55,234 bases of DNA, filler included, from Sphacelaria rigidula (GCA_964200075.2; 6 parts of 6 records of this genome joined end to end with filler, not necessarily neighbours in it), one strand, 5' to 3'. Shown: positions 1 through 13,027, counted from the whole stretch's first letter. Translations and numbers: made by a program. The notes: a model not told the origin generated them from the letters alone.

Positions 1-85
1 TGACCCCGGCTGATGCACCCACATACACCAAAAGGTGAAGATTGGTGCCCAGAATAAATGGGACGACAACACATACAACAACACA
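1..85 (+). mobile_element. 3' end of tRNA-derived SINE family A (truncated by contig start)
   Basis: TGACCCCGGCTGATGCACCCACATACACC...CCAGAATAAATGGGACGACAACAC aligns with the 3' part of the copies at 27930-28300 and 34004-34385. Confidence 0.75.
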
Positions 86-3000
86 GGGCCTCCAATCCTA
101 CACATAACATTCTGACAGCACTTCATAGAAAACGACCCAAAATTGGGCTGCTAAATCGCGTGTTCACCTCCTTGTCCGCGTCCTGGGCGGCCCAGCCTTT
201 ACACACAGATAAGAGGTCTACCAAAGTGGTGGGGAGTATCTGTCGAATAGTACATTTGTAGGACGAGCACTTGTGTCATTGCTTGTTGTGAAAAAAATGA
301 ATGACTCGAGCTCATGAGTCATGCGCGCGTCGTCAAAACTCGTCCACGAGTGCACTCGTTTCCAAGGCTTATGACTCGGCTGGTATGTGAAGCTGTGGAC
401 GAATATTTAGTACGGTATACTATACGCGAGAGGTGCCCCTGTAATCTTCCCCACTAATCACTGAGAGTGCCGGAACTACGTAAACTCCGAATAACTGGTG
501 AAGGAGAAGGCGGAAGACCCAATTTATACGAAGTTTCAAAATGGTTTATGGTACATACGCGCGCAAGTTATTACCCCACCAGCCCGGTGTTTTGCTGCAT
601 CCGTCGACCCGGCCTCATTGGCCGAAATATATACTGGGTCGCAGAAATATTCCTGTCCGTTCTCTTCTGAGCGCCGGTGGACACAGCTGGTATCTTTCTA
701 CAATGATGCGAACGCGTTTGGCGCTGGGGTTTCAGCTTCCAGAAGCCGCAGCACTGAATGTGCTTGTCTGAAGAAAGTGTCGCACGGTACGATCGCGTGC
801 ACACACGTACTCGTGCAGTGACAAACGTCTTTACAGTCATGGTTGTATTGTGGTCTGATCGTACCGTAGCGGACGAGCCGCAGCTTGTATTTACTGTTGT
901 CCGCTTATGCACGTGACCTCCGAATGGGAACACGGGTGCATGTTCCATTTTTTGGCATTTTAGGAAAGCGTTTTCGATCATGTGCTCGACATTCGAAATT
1001 TCGAACTTCATAACGGCTTTTCCCTCTACACATCCTCAGCACGTCTATGCAGCGTATCTTGTATATTTGGTATGCAGAGCTCAAGTCTTAAATCGGTGAA
1101 GTCGAATCCCACCGTCATCTTCTTTCACGTCTACCCGGAGATTACCGGTCGCGGGTCCAATCGCCGACAGTAGTAGGACAGGAGTCGCTAACGCACCCCT
1201 ATCTTACTCGAACCGCATTCATGCATTTCACTGCGTACCACCGCCGGGCCCTACCGACCTTTCTTTACAGCGAACATGTCATTCGCTCATATGAATTGTA
1301 ATCCGGCAGTAGGGCAGATCGGCAGGGTGGAGAGAAGTACAGCGTTTCTGCGCAAAAAATCCACCTGCATAAGTTGACCTCACCCAAGGGCCTACTGGTG
1401 TAGACCTAAGCCGTTCCAGCGCGCACTCCAGGGGCGTGGGGTGGTTTACGTGGCATACACACACACCGAGATAAAGAACTAAAGTAGATATCACGACTCT
1501 TCCAAGAATGTTTCAATTTGATTCCAGTGTGAAAATTCGGATCTTCACGCTTGTGAGCGCTTGTAGCCTGTCAAGAGCACACTTTTGAAAAAAATCGGCG
1601 CAGGCGCTCATTTGTTTTGTGCACCGCACTCCGCCTAGGAAACACTTTGCACTCACCTAATCTGAGGTTTCTCGTGTGCCTTGATTTGGGTAAGGTCAGG
1701 GTCACGGTTAGGATTATATCTCAACACCATCCGCTGAAGAGTCTCTTCATCAAGTAATAATATTACCTCTCGGTCTGTCCATATGCGATTGAACGAAGGA
1801 TCATAAATTTTGTTCGTTCCGCCGATCCAACGTCCCTTTAATGGTTGACATGATCGTTGCTTTTGTCGAATTCCAAGTCTGGATCAAAATACAACCTAGC
1901 GCAGGTGGGTAAGGGGTATGCAGTGATAGGATGCCGACGATACCTTTGAACAGGTGTGCGTCTACAGAGCTCGAATCGGAGCAGGCCTCTACTCGAGACA
2001 CAACGTGCAATGCATTGACACAATGTGTAGACAAGGTGGGGGAGGGCACCCAACTGTGAAACCTCTGAAGATGCGAATGTAACGGTCTACCTTACGATAC
2101 TGCGTAAAACAGATGCTCGAAACAAAAGCATATATACTGTCATAATTTGGCGCCTAACCGGCATGAAATCTGCTAGGATGGAACGACATGTGGCATTCAA
2201 CACGAAGCCCCTTGGATTCCATCATAGTAGTGCACAACAAAAGTGCCACAAGTTCAGAATAGGACAGATCCGTTGAAGAAAACATCGGGCACAAGATGAG
2301 AGAAATGGTTACGGAAATCAGGCCATGAAGGCGGAGATAGAGAGCAGGTGCAGGCGGCACAGCCGAGGGCAGCGAGGGGTGCTGTTTTTGTTGAATAGAC
2401 TGAACGTTGGGTTCGTACTTGTTCCTTGCCTTGTACTGAGCACGTACTACACGGCCGGGAAGTACAGCGGTCCAGTGTTCCCATCGCCTCACGTATTGAA
2501 AAAAGTGAAATTTTGTCCAACCTGTGAACAGGCATTCGGGTCTGCAACTCATTTTGCAAGTGAAAATGATATCGATTTAACAGATGATGTTCCACCGTGG
2601 TCGACGGGTTAACTTTCACGACTCCGCTCCAACCCTATATCGTATTTACGATGAATATAATTGACCATGAACTATTAGAGTTGCAACCCCAAATAGCCGG
2701 TGGTGTCATGGGTTACTATTTTCATTACTGGCAAAATCGCAGGAGTCAGACTAGGCCATCAACCTACCTGTACGCATAGTGTAATTGGAGGGCCTCGCTG
2801 GATAGTACTTACGCCCATCAACACACGGAGATGCGAGAGGGACTGACCGTCGATATTTACTGTAGAGTGAGAATCGCGAGGGTTTTTTCCTATCCCAAAT
2901 GATCAAGGGACGGGTTTTGTCCATATGTTTCTTCACGTTCGCAGTTGCCGCTACATACAGTACAGTCGAGTGTCAACTGGTCCTATTTCAGCTAAACGAC

Positions 3001-6000
3001 GAACAAACGGGTTTGCGCGGGTACGAACAGGTCATTGCATAGCCTTTGCTTGTGCCCTCGCTACGGTACGTCCAACCTTACTCAACCTATGTCCAAACAT
3101 ACTCAACCCGGTGATTGCATCAGCATCCTCATGGGTTCAGGTATGCAGACGGTCAAGTCGTTTGCAAGGCGAAGATAGACCAACCCTGACCAGACATGCA
3201 CATGAATAACCTATAGAATAGTCGCGGCCCACTGCACGCCACTTCTTTACAGACGTCAGGCAGTTCCCGATTTGACAAAGGGGTACCTGCTGTCCCATGA
3301 TAGCGACACCCGGAAAAAGGCGCAATACGCACACACCTCCTCCTCGCTGTCACACCCGCCGCTTCACTCTGTGCAGCAAGTCAGGTTCTTCTCAGCCTTT
3401 CCTGTACCATGCTGTGCTGTGTGATAATCCAACAATTGCCAATTCTGCCAGGAAGCTTGTGTTCGCCGATCTCTGTCGCCATCAAGGGCTCTGGGAGGTG
3501 CCACTGAAAAGAGGGTTGAGGGTTCACCTTCAATAGTGTACAACCGAATATATGCCGTGTTCCGTGACTCAACTTAAGTAGAGGAAATCCATTACAGTAC
3601 TGTGTTTTGCTCTATTTAATGTTCCTCCGCCAAGCGTGAAAAAACAACGAATTTGAACCGCAACAATCCGCTCCATGTGCATCTGATGTGGGTGACTTTT
3701 TCGATATGCTGATGTACCAGCTAGGCCGGTGAAAGACAGACGACGTACACAGTACTGCTGGTTGTACTACACAGCTCAGCGCGACTACTGTGATCACATG
3801 TTATCATGCCGCTGTACTCCTATAGAATCATTGTGTCATAATATACAGCATACAGGAAACAGTAGTACAGGAGACCGTAGTGAAAACAGCAGGTGCGTTT
3901 TTCGAAAAAATTGCTCATGAAAAACGGCGGCAAAGGAACAATATTTTGTGTTCCGAGTGTGCTCACGACACGCTCATGGAAATCAACCATCGATTGATTT
4001 TGAGCGGAATTCCGGAGATTCTGGTAGAAATTTCGATGCTCAATGTTTTCGTTGTGGTCGTAATGTGTGGGCAAAGGAGTCGTTACTCTGCCTAGTACGA
4101 TACAGTACAACCAGTACTTTTAGGCTTATTATTTATTATTATTATTATTATTATTTCCGCACATTAGGCTACGGACCGAAAAAGGCGGCCCAAGGCCGGA
4201 GCAACTGTCTTTTGGCTCTTGAGTTCGCGGTCGCCTGTAACCCTCCATGAGCTCATCGCTTCACTTCACAATCGGAGAAAGGGTGGTGAAGTCTGCTGTA
4301 TAGGGGATAGCTGTGAGTGCTGTGATCGAAGGAAGGGAGAAGGAAACCTTCAAATATCGCACGGTATGTGTTTGTTTTTGCCTCTCATTGATGGTCATGT
4401 AAGATTTCCGCTGTATATATTAGGGGAGGTTGAGGCTTACGCCGTGGATGACTGGCGGTGTGAGTTAAGACGAAGGTTGTTAATTGGGGAGTATCGGCGG
4501 CTCCGTCGGGTGCGGCCTTTGCTCACTATATGGGATATCATGTACGCTACACAACGATGTGTGGCATGCATGTGTACTCTTCTGTAGTGGCGATTGCTGG
4601 TGCACTGAGGGCTCCGTGAGACCGGTATTGCTGGACAATGAAGCTTCCGTTGAGCAAAGGGGGTCTCGGTGCTTTTCGCGGGCGTTGTTCGCATCGTTTT
4701 CGTTGCAACTCTCTGGACGACATATCCTATGCCACATAAATGCTATGCGTTTATTACGGATGGTCCGCGATTCGACGCATGAACTATTCGGTGCCCGTTT
4801 GTCCCGTTCGTCTCAACTCCCCAGAGCGATCTTGCCACTTCACGAGCCACGATTTCCACACGTTTTTCTCTGTATGCCAACTGTGATACACAATACATTT
4901 ACAATTGCTGTTGTATTGCCAGGGAAATGTTCATTACATGAAACGGATGAGTAGTATTAGGTCGGGACAAGTTATACCCAGACGAGGTATCGCCCATCGT
5001 CAAGCCTTGCCCTATATCGTATAATTGTAGAACGGAATACACTTATCGAGACCAACAGAGGAAAATCTGGCTCGCTTTCAATTTTGAAGATGAGACACGC
5101 GACAAAATACCGACACTCCTTCACGACCTCGCGGGACAAGAGCAGATTCGGATTTTTATATCGGCTAAACCAACTAAGGTATACCTTGGCGGTGTTGTCG
5201 TGCTAACTCTAACTCCGACGAAGGCAGCTAGTCCACGGACCCTCAGCCAAACGGGGTTCTCCTGTAGTCCCTTAGGTGAGGTTAGCGTTTCATTGGTTAT
5301 TGCGGTACAGTGTATCCTGTGCCTTGTCACAAAGGTACCCGCCTGCATCCTTGTTACGCCGGGTGTACTAAAAGCCAAGAACCACTGTGTCAAAGTCCGG
5401 ATCTGGTTTGCACGCAAGCAGGAACGTCGTACTGCAAACACGGCGACGGAATTCCTGGTTGAACATAATAGTAAGTCCAGCTCTGAGCCAAACTTCAATC
5501 CGAGGCAGACCGAGAACAATGCAAGAGTAGTGCTAACTGCACCCTCTGTAAAGTGCATGCTGATGAGCTGAAATCGGCGCTGCATGCGCACTGCTTTGAG
5601 CAAAAACGCGAGCTGTAGTGCTCGGCCAATGCTTGGAAATGTACTGTGAGCCTTGAAAGATTCTCAAAATATGGGGTCGATAATGGATCCAATCGCCGTT
5701 CAACCATGGAGTTCTTCCTCAATGTGTCTTCATGTGACTCCTAAATCTTTGGGGGTGCATCCCACCCCACTTCGTATCAACACCAACATGCTCCACAATA
5801 ACACACATATACGATATACGCAGAGCACACGCTTTGATGTTGGACTCCTACCTCACTTGGACCTGTCCATGGGTCGCGCACCATCGTTTTTCGGTACTGC
5901 TGTTGTCGAGCTTCACATAAATTCACCACCTTCTTAGTTGTTACCTGAGCGCTTCCACTAGTTACCATGGGTAACGCTGGAATCATGACGGATCAGTAAA

Positions 6001-7314
6001 TAGGCGGCGTTCAATCGAGATCAGCATCCATGCAATCAATGATGAGTACTAATTTAACGTCACCCTTGAAACCATGCAAAAATTCGCGATTCATATCGTC
6101 AGCCAAGTGCTCTTGTAGGAATCATGCAAAGGTACACAAATCTACTACAGAGAGTGTTGACAAGAAAGTTATTCCAATCTATATACAGTTATAATAATGA
6201 AGTACATGAGAGAAACTGTCTTCAACGGTTCCCGTGGTTGTGAATCCCGGCCTGCGTACTACAACAGTAGTATCGTTATTTGTGGTGTATGGTCTTTACC
6301 GCCCGATAACTTGCCGCCGAGAACAAAGCAACTGGCAGTGCCTGTTCTGTACTTGATCTGCATGTGCTCTACATATGCATGTCCCTGTTCTGTACTTGAT
6401 CTGCATGCGCTCTGTATATCTATGCTTGGCTTGCTTCAGAGAATAAAGGACGCACACTTGGAGCTACATTATTTAGCAAACGCGATCGATCATCGATCAG
6501 TTGAGAAACCGGTGGACGGCGCAGGGCGTGAGGCACTTCATTTCCAAGCATCGTGGAGACGAGTGATCGGGTTATGCAGAGGAGACTGCCATGTGATGCC
6601 CCGCGTGCGGCATCATGGTCTGCTTTCGCCTTCCGTTTACTACTTTCGCTGCTCTTAACATTGTGCCAAGGTGCGAGCGATCCCAACCAACGCTGAGAAC
6701 TCGGTATTCCCCCGCTCGACTGGTACAAGCGCGTACCGTTTCAACTTTGTATCGCCACTACACATGTGCTGCAGTGTTGTAGCTGTGGCTTATACTTATG
6801 GTATAACCATATTGATTCTGGGAGCAAGTTTCCGAACAACACATGAAAATGGTTTCATGTGGAGCTTTACGCTGCCATCTCCGTGTGTCGCGTGAAGCGC
6901 GGTGGTAACGTACGCTCGCGCGTGTATGAAAGTTATCGCTCTCCCTCTGTTTTGATGAAGAGCATTGACGGAGATTTGTCTATTTCACAACTTTCAGGTT
7001 CTTCGATCCAGTGTTGAGCGTTGTCGTGTATTCGCGCTTGAATAACATTCGCCGGGGATGGGTTGTATGACAACAGTCTGTAGTGTTGCCCTGTGCATGT
7101 ACTAGTGGGACTTTTCGACTTTTCACGACAAACTGTTCCTCATGTCTTACTCCCGTGAGCCGACACGGTTTACCCGTCGCGGCGTACAACCACTGTCTGT
7201 GCTACAGTAATCTCTGCGCGAAGGGTATGACGTGGTCTGTCATACCTTGGCGGCTGTGTACAGTGTGCTCGGAATTTCATTCGTGGCAACGCCCTTTAGT
7301 GTTTTGTGTATAAT

Positions 7315-7470
7315 CATCCCATCTACTCTGAACGCCGCGGTCTACGCCTTTCCTTCGGTATATGTAGGCGCACCAGCCGGGGTTACGCAGGAGGAAGGCC
7401 ACTACAGGATTTTTTTTTTTAGTTCTCCACGTTCCTTCTCCGGTGCTTGTCTTCATCTTTGATCGCGAGT
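7315..7470 (-). mobile_element. Partial SINE family A copy
   Basis: The reverse complement (CCTTCCTCCTGCGTAACCCCGGCTGGTGCGCCTACATATACCGAAGG...GAGTAGATGGGATG) matches the 3' half of family A. Confidence 0.7.
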
Positions 7471-8255
7471 GGGTTTCTAATTCAAGCTCGTTTTACAAGG
7501 GATAAATCTGGATAAATCATCAACAATGACTTGAATTTTTGATTCGCCACATCGGCGAAGCAACTTGCTTGCCCACCGATAGAAGCAACACAACCCATCC
7601 TCGCTCCGTGAACTACCCCGAAGAAAGGGCATCCGCCATGAAAACAAGAACTACTTCCGAAGCATGTTTCTTCCTGGTGTATGCACCTCGCAGTTCGGTG
7701 CCTTTCTTCCCTAGGGTTCATGGGCAAGAGCTAGAGTAGTGCCGAAATCGTGTCGCCGAAATAGATCAGCCGCAATCTGTTCCCGAGGCGTTTTTGCTTT
7801 TCGATTCGGTACGAGTGCATGTGCTGTTGCGCAAGACCTTTCCCACCTGAAGTCGTGTTGCAGAGGCCGATCATTTCTAGATGTTTCTTTGTCCTTGCTT
7901 TATTTTTTGGGAGGGGGAGGGAGGAGGGGGGGGGGGGTAAACTATGTCCCCCGTATTCATCAGATTACAGATGTACACGTTGCTGGCTGATTCGCGTTGT
8001 ATCTCACTGTAATAAACGTCATATATTCCATTGACAACAGTACGGCCTGCGCTGATGTCACAACCTGATACCCGCTCTTTTCTTCACACTCGGGACAATG
8101 GACACAACAATGGTCCACTGCTTCACTGTTCAGTAATGGACACAAGGAAAATCCTATCATCGATGCATATTATCGAACATGATACTGTAGATGGTGGAAC
8201 ACGTCTATTATCGGTTTGTATTGCGAGGGACTAAAGATATTGCAATCGTCCACAG

Positions 8256-8586
8256 GCACCGTAAGTAAGGTAGGCACCCGGTACCGATATTTGGGACGTC
8301 TCATACCCCACCGATACCGGTCCGATCGGGTATTTTCAAATGCCGTACCAACGATACCCACGATATCACGGTATTTCGAGATCTCAATACCTATCGTACC
8401 CGCTCGATCAGGTATATTTGGTATTTTCAAAGCGCATACCTACGATACCCACGATACCACGGTATTTCGATATTTCAAAACCTACCGTACCCGCCCAATC
8501 GGGTATTTTCAAAACTCATACCCATGATACCTACAGTACCACGGTATTCCCGGTAGATACCGGACGCGACGCACTCCTCACGGTGC
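8256..8586. mobile_element. MITE-like element with internal CGATACC/GGTA repeats
   Basis: Short imperfect terminal inverted repeats (GCACCGTAAG...CTCACGGTGC), many internal GATACC/GGTAT motifs, and no coding capacity. Confidence 0.5.
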
Positions 8587-8724
8587 AGCAGCTGGTCCCA
8601 ACTTACGCACGGACCAGAAGTTGTCGGAGCAGGTACGCCTTCTTTTCACAATATATACCCAGCTTCCCCCTGATGTTCGTGTTTGGATCAGTTCGAATAT
8701 GAGCTTGTTATAATGTAGTCTGAA

Positions 8725-8915
8725 GTGCGGTCGATTTATTTTTCTCGGTGTGATGAGTCCGCCACATTTCCGTTCTTTGAAGGATTCAAGTCAAACTTGT
8801 AATTAGTGGCGCGCCGAGAGAAACTACTAAACAGTACTACTCGTAACACTGAGCTTTTTCCATCAAAAACATGCGGCCGTAAGGCACGAAGCGGCACTTG
8901 ACTCCTGTCTTATAG
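8725..8915 (+). repeat. Dispersed repeat shared with ~45275-45455
   Basis: Both copies contain AAAACATGCGG(C/T)CG(T/A)AAGGCACGAAGCGGCACTTGACT and aligning upstream sequence. Confidence 0.65.
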
Positions 8916-9123
8916 ACCACCACGCCAGGTAACACCCGTTCACACAATCATGCTAACTCCATGCAACTCATTCTCGAATACCACCGCAACCCTGCAGCAT
9001 CGAGTATGAGTTGAGCACAGGGATAGATACCCTACAGTAATCGGGTATGATTTTGTTTTGGGGCTGGGTGTACTCATGATCATGTATGCCATAGTCATCA
9101 GACCATTGACCTCGCATCCCTAC

Positions 9124-9223
9124 NNNNNNNNNNNNNNNNNNNNNNNNNNNNNNNNNNNNNNNNNNNNTTAATTAATTAANNNNNNNNNNNNNNNNNNNNN
9201 NNNNNNNNNNNNNNNNNNNNNNN
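9124..9223. other. Artificial contig-joining spacer (44N-TTAATTAATTAA-44N)
   Basis: Identical 100-bp spacers at 9124-9223, 18347-18446, 27570-27669, 36792-36891 and 46014-46113. TTAATTAATTAA gives stops in all six frames. The intervening contigs are 9123, 9123, 9123, 9122, 9122 and 9121 bp. Confidence 0.97.
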
Positions 9224-9994
9224 GGATTCTGGAGAAGTCCCTCACTGAATAGCCCTCTTGTCCAGATCGTCTCGCAGAGGCTATAAGTTGGAGAAGCATG
9301 TTCCGGTGATTCATTGTATATGAATGAAAGGTGGAGAACGTGTGCCCATGATTCATGACACATGCATGGGAATTGGCAAACATGTAGCTAGGATTCATCT
9401 CAAACAAATAAAAGGCAGGGAGTATGCTCCCATGATCAATACCATAGGAATGGAAGGTAGAAGACGTGTACCTGTTTCGGTGTAGCGCACGAATCACGAA
9501 CCCAAATACGTACGAATCACAACGTGTGTACGCATCGTATGAGTGATTTGTATGGATTTTCGTTTGACCCGAATTACGACCTGACCGTGAACTCCAACGA
9601 AAATACTGCTGGGATGGTCCATGGCCAGAGGGGACTATATTCTACAAGAAGCGCGCTGCGTCTATCTTCCGACCACACGTCCATGGAGGAAAGGAACCGA
9701 TCTCCGGCCGTCTACTGTTTCTCTCGCGATGCAAAGCGGTAGCGCTCCAATCTCCTGTAGATGTTGACCTGGGTCATCTCTGATATCCCGTACGGGATCC
9801 CTTCTATATCAACCCCATTTGCTGGTATCCCCTCCCCCTCCTCTCCTTCGATGACGGCATTGGTCGAAACCTGATTGAGCAGTCCCTCCCCACACTTCCG
9901 AGATGACCAAATATATTCACCGCTAGGTCGGGGGTAGTGAAATGCTTGTGAGGATCGCGTTCTTTGCGTACTGCAGCGGAATCCTAACACCCGA

Positions 9995-11085
9995 GACCGA
10001 CCTGTCGGAAGGACCGCACGAATCTCATGAATGTAGGGACCGCGCCCCGAGAAAACCTGGGCCGCGAATTCATCAAGCTAGTAGAAGCGAAGCCAGGTGA
10101 GGTGACAGGAGCGACACGACAACGACGCTGTGTGCGTCGAAAGGAGGAGAGCGAAGATCCCGATACTATAAAGTTCAGCCAACCGTAACTAGCGTGGGAA
10201 TTACACTCGCATTTGGACTGCGATGGGAAAGAGCCGGCACCGGTATATTTTAGTGAGGTGTCGGCGCCTACCACGTCGTCACGATCACATCGACGGATAG
10301 ATGCACGTTCGCTGTTGCCGAGACGACCTATTTGTTTCGTATCAATAGGTACCAGATAGCGAAATGGCCCTTGTTCTCCGTGTCTTCAGGTACCAGATAG
10401 TAAACGAGCCTCGTTCTCGGCGTTTTGAGGTACCGAATACTGAGACGACTCATCTGCTCGGTACGGGCGGGTACTAAAATATTGTTTGCACACGATCCAT
10501 TCTGTCATTGAACAAATCTGCAAGGTAAACAGACAAGTCAAGACCACGAACGTTGCTTTTCTCCTCCGCGGAGATGACATCACAATGACGTAGTAGTCTC
10601 GACTTGTGCGTTCACCCTGGAGCTGCCTTGAATATCAAAGTGAACTATATGCGAACCACCTTTGAGTACCTGTGTACGTACCGAGCAGATGGGGGACGTC
10701 TCGGCATCGGGCACCTCTAAACACGGAAACGAAGGGTCGTTTTGCTACCTGGCACCTACTGGTACAAACCAGATGGATCGTTTCGGGATCTGTTACCTTC
10801 AAGGTCCGCACATCAGTTCGTCCATGCGACCATGACGTGGTAGGCGTCAGAACCTTCCTGAGATACACTGGTGCCGGCTCTTTCTCATCAGAATACTCAC
10901 ACCAGGGTGACTCTGGTATAGGAATCCTTGCTCTCCTCCCTTCCGACGCACTCAGCGTCGTTGTCGTGTCGCTTCGACCACCTCACCTGACTTCGCTTCT
11001 CCTGGCTTGATTAATTCGCGGCCCAGGTTTTCTCGGGGCGCGGTCTCTGCATTCATGAGGTCCGTGCGGTCCTTCCGATAGGTCA
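9995..11085. repeat. Diverged inverted duplication (arms ~9995-10500 and ~10640-11085)
   Basis: GACCGCGCCCCGAGAAAACCTGGGCCGCGAATT, GCGACACGACAACGACGCTG and AAAGAGCCGGCACC are present on the + strand in the left arm and on the - strand in the right arm. Confidence 0.8.
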
Positions 11086-11089
11086 GCCC

Positions 11090-11760
11090 TGGAGTGGTGA
11101 CACTCCACTGCGGTTCGACAAGCGCGTGATCCCAGGACGTATCAAAGTAGTTTGAAGCAACGCCGGTTGAAGGATACCTGTCCATCGTTAGAGTAGCGCT
11201 AGCTTTCGCCTGTCTGATGTTTTGCGGCTGCAGAGTCGTCGATGTTCGAGCTGCCTCGTTGGAGGTCCCCCACCGACGGGGGGTTGGCGTGCGTGACGTC
11301 GATGAGGGGACCGTTCGCCTTACAGTGCCTGCCGGTGGCATCGCGTAGTGATCCAACTGGGAAACTTATGTTCACCCTGTTATCCCGATCCGCAATGTAC
11401 GGCATGCTGTCCCTCACTGTCATCTCAACTCCCATCCGGTCGAGGAGTCTCACCATTTGGCGGTTGGTGTTGGGTCACATGGGTTCCCGCTTGGAGACAG
11501 GTACGTGAATGGCGGGTGATGACATCTGCTGCGCGGCATGCCGAACGTCGTGTGGCCATGAGGGATTCGATACCAAAGAACCTCGTTTCCATAAAGAGGT
11601 ATTCTTGTGTTTGTGGGGTTCCAGCGACATCGTAAGGCCAGTCTTTTTGGGCTACCCGTGCCCCGTTCATGCTGCTTCACCCGGTGGTCATCTCGGTGTA
11701 GAATTTACCAACACCAAAAAGGTCATCCGGACGCCATGTTGCACCAGTCGTCGGCAGGTT
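11090..11760 (-). mobile_element. Decayed 3' fragment of an RLE-type (CRE-like) non-LTR retrotransposon: CCHC zinc knuckle plus restriction-like endonuclease
   Basis: Frameshifted translations ...RFFGIESLMATRRSACRAADVITRHSRTCLQAGTHVTQHQP (degenerate CCHC knuckle), then ...RVNISF...LIDVTHANP...GSS...SAAA (REL motif R-D...DVT...P...AA). Stops and frameshifts are present. Confidence 0.65.
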
Positions 11761-12073
11761 GGCCAGCTGTTGCAGTGATGTTGATGCGTTCGCCTTGTGT
11801 ACGAGGTGGCGCACGTCTTTTTCGAGGGTAGGACGACAACCGACTCGTATAAAAACTACCCAATTTCAGCATGGCTGGTCCGTATCGTGCAAATAAACCC
11901 TTGGGCATCGCTCTCAGCGTTTCACCCCGGTACACGTGCACTCGACTCGAGGAGTAGTGCCAAGTTTGGGTCGAGACCTTTGGACCCGCGGTCAATCGTT
12001 CACCCTTTCCCAAAAGTTAGGCTCAGGAAACATAGATTTGGTGATTCGAACCAGCGATGATTCGTCCAACACT

Positions 12074-12495
12074 CAACAGACAATTATGTAAAATGAGGTT
12101 GTACGATGGAATGAGGTTTAAGCGTGGAATAGAGTTTTCCCCACACTTACGGCGATGGTGCTCAATAACGTTTTGGTCGGCCTCATGCCCCTCGATCGCG
12201 TAAATACACTTTCTGCGCATTTTACCGACTCTGTGAGCTTACAGCGCTGACCGAACCCGTCATTTTCCCTGATTCGATAGTGTCAGTGAGGGTAATATCA
12301 GGTGAGACGACGGTTTCAGTCTGCACTGTAAACCCACAGAGTCAGTGAAATGCGCTGAAGAAGTATGTTCGCGATCGAGGGGCATTAGGCCGACAAGAAC
12401 ATCACTGTGTGCCATCGATTAATGTGTGGGGAAAGCACTGTTCTGGGCTTAAACCTCATTTCATCGTACAACCTCATTTTATAGGATCGTCTGTT
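12074..12495. repeat. ~420-bp foldback (long imperfect inverted repeat)
   Basis: AAAATGAGGTTGTACGATGGAATGAGGTTTAAGC pairs with GCTTAAACCTCATTTCATCGTACAACCTCATTTT. Pairing continues inward (ATGCCCCTCGATCGCG/CGCGATCGAGGGGCAT; GACTCTGTG/CACAGAGTC) to a loop of about 25 nt near 12275-12297. Confidence 0.9.
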
Positions 12496-12839
12496 CCTTG
12501 CTTCATTTCCAATCGGTCGGGAATGGCACCTGGCGTCACACGCGTCTTTTCCAGGCAAGCAACGGTCTGCACGCACGGAAGCCAAATACTCAACTTGGAC
12601 ACGATAGTAGAACACCACGTGTTATTAACAGCAACAACATCACTGCAGCACCATTCTTGAGCATTCTTGAGCAGTACGGTACACGTCGCGAGATGCAGTC
12701 ACAACGATGAAGCAGCCACGACATTGTTGCAGCAATGTATCGAGAGTTACAGCAGCGCATGATGACGATATGAACCTGGAACAGTGATATTACCGGCCTC
12801 CCTATATTGCACCCTCCTTCATCTACTATTACCTAACAG

Positions 12840-13027
12840 CGACGGGTTCAAGTCGCAGGTTCTTGAGGGGCTCTCTGGGAAACGTTCCGCCAGAGGTTTT
12901 TGCAGAAAGTGGTTTTGCGGAAGAAAATCAAGACGTCTTTTCGATGGGAGCGATGGCATGCGCCGTCCTTTGCAAGAAGGTTGTCCGCGAGGAATTGGAT
13001 TATTCTGACAACATCTTCACCAGCAAG
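12840..13027 (+). CDS. Isolated exon encoding protein kinase-like subdomains VIII-IX
   Basis: Pyrimidine-rich acceptor ...TATTACCTAACAG|. The translation TGSSRRFLRGSLGNVPPEVFAESGFAEENQDVFSMGAMACAVL fits G-T/S-x-x-x-x-P-P-E ... D-V-F-S-x-G. The donor is either AAG|GCAAGT (13027) or AAG|GTTGTC (12979). No other kinase exons were found. Confidence 0.55.

Noticed and set aside
5555..5600. Hammerhead ribozyme core (CTGATGAG..GAAA)
   Set aside because: There is no room for stem II and no convincing stem III or cleavage triplet.
58..7000. Short ORFs in contig 1 (e.g. 571-1011, 2154-2619, 5121-5603, 6197-6658) as genes
   Set aside because: No recognisable motifs or consistent splice structure. They may be decayed TE sequence, but I cannot support a call.
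9168..9179. Regularly spaced TTAATTAATTAA motif every ~9.2 kb as a biological periodic element
   Set aside because: It is embedded in exact 44-N pads and is an assembly linker.
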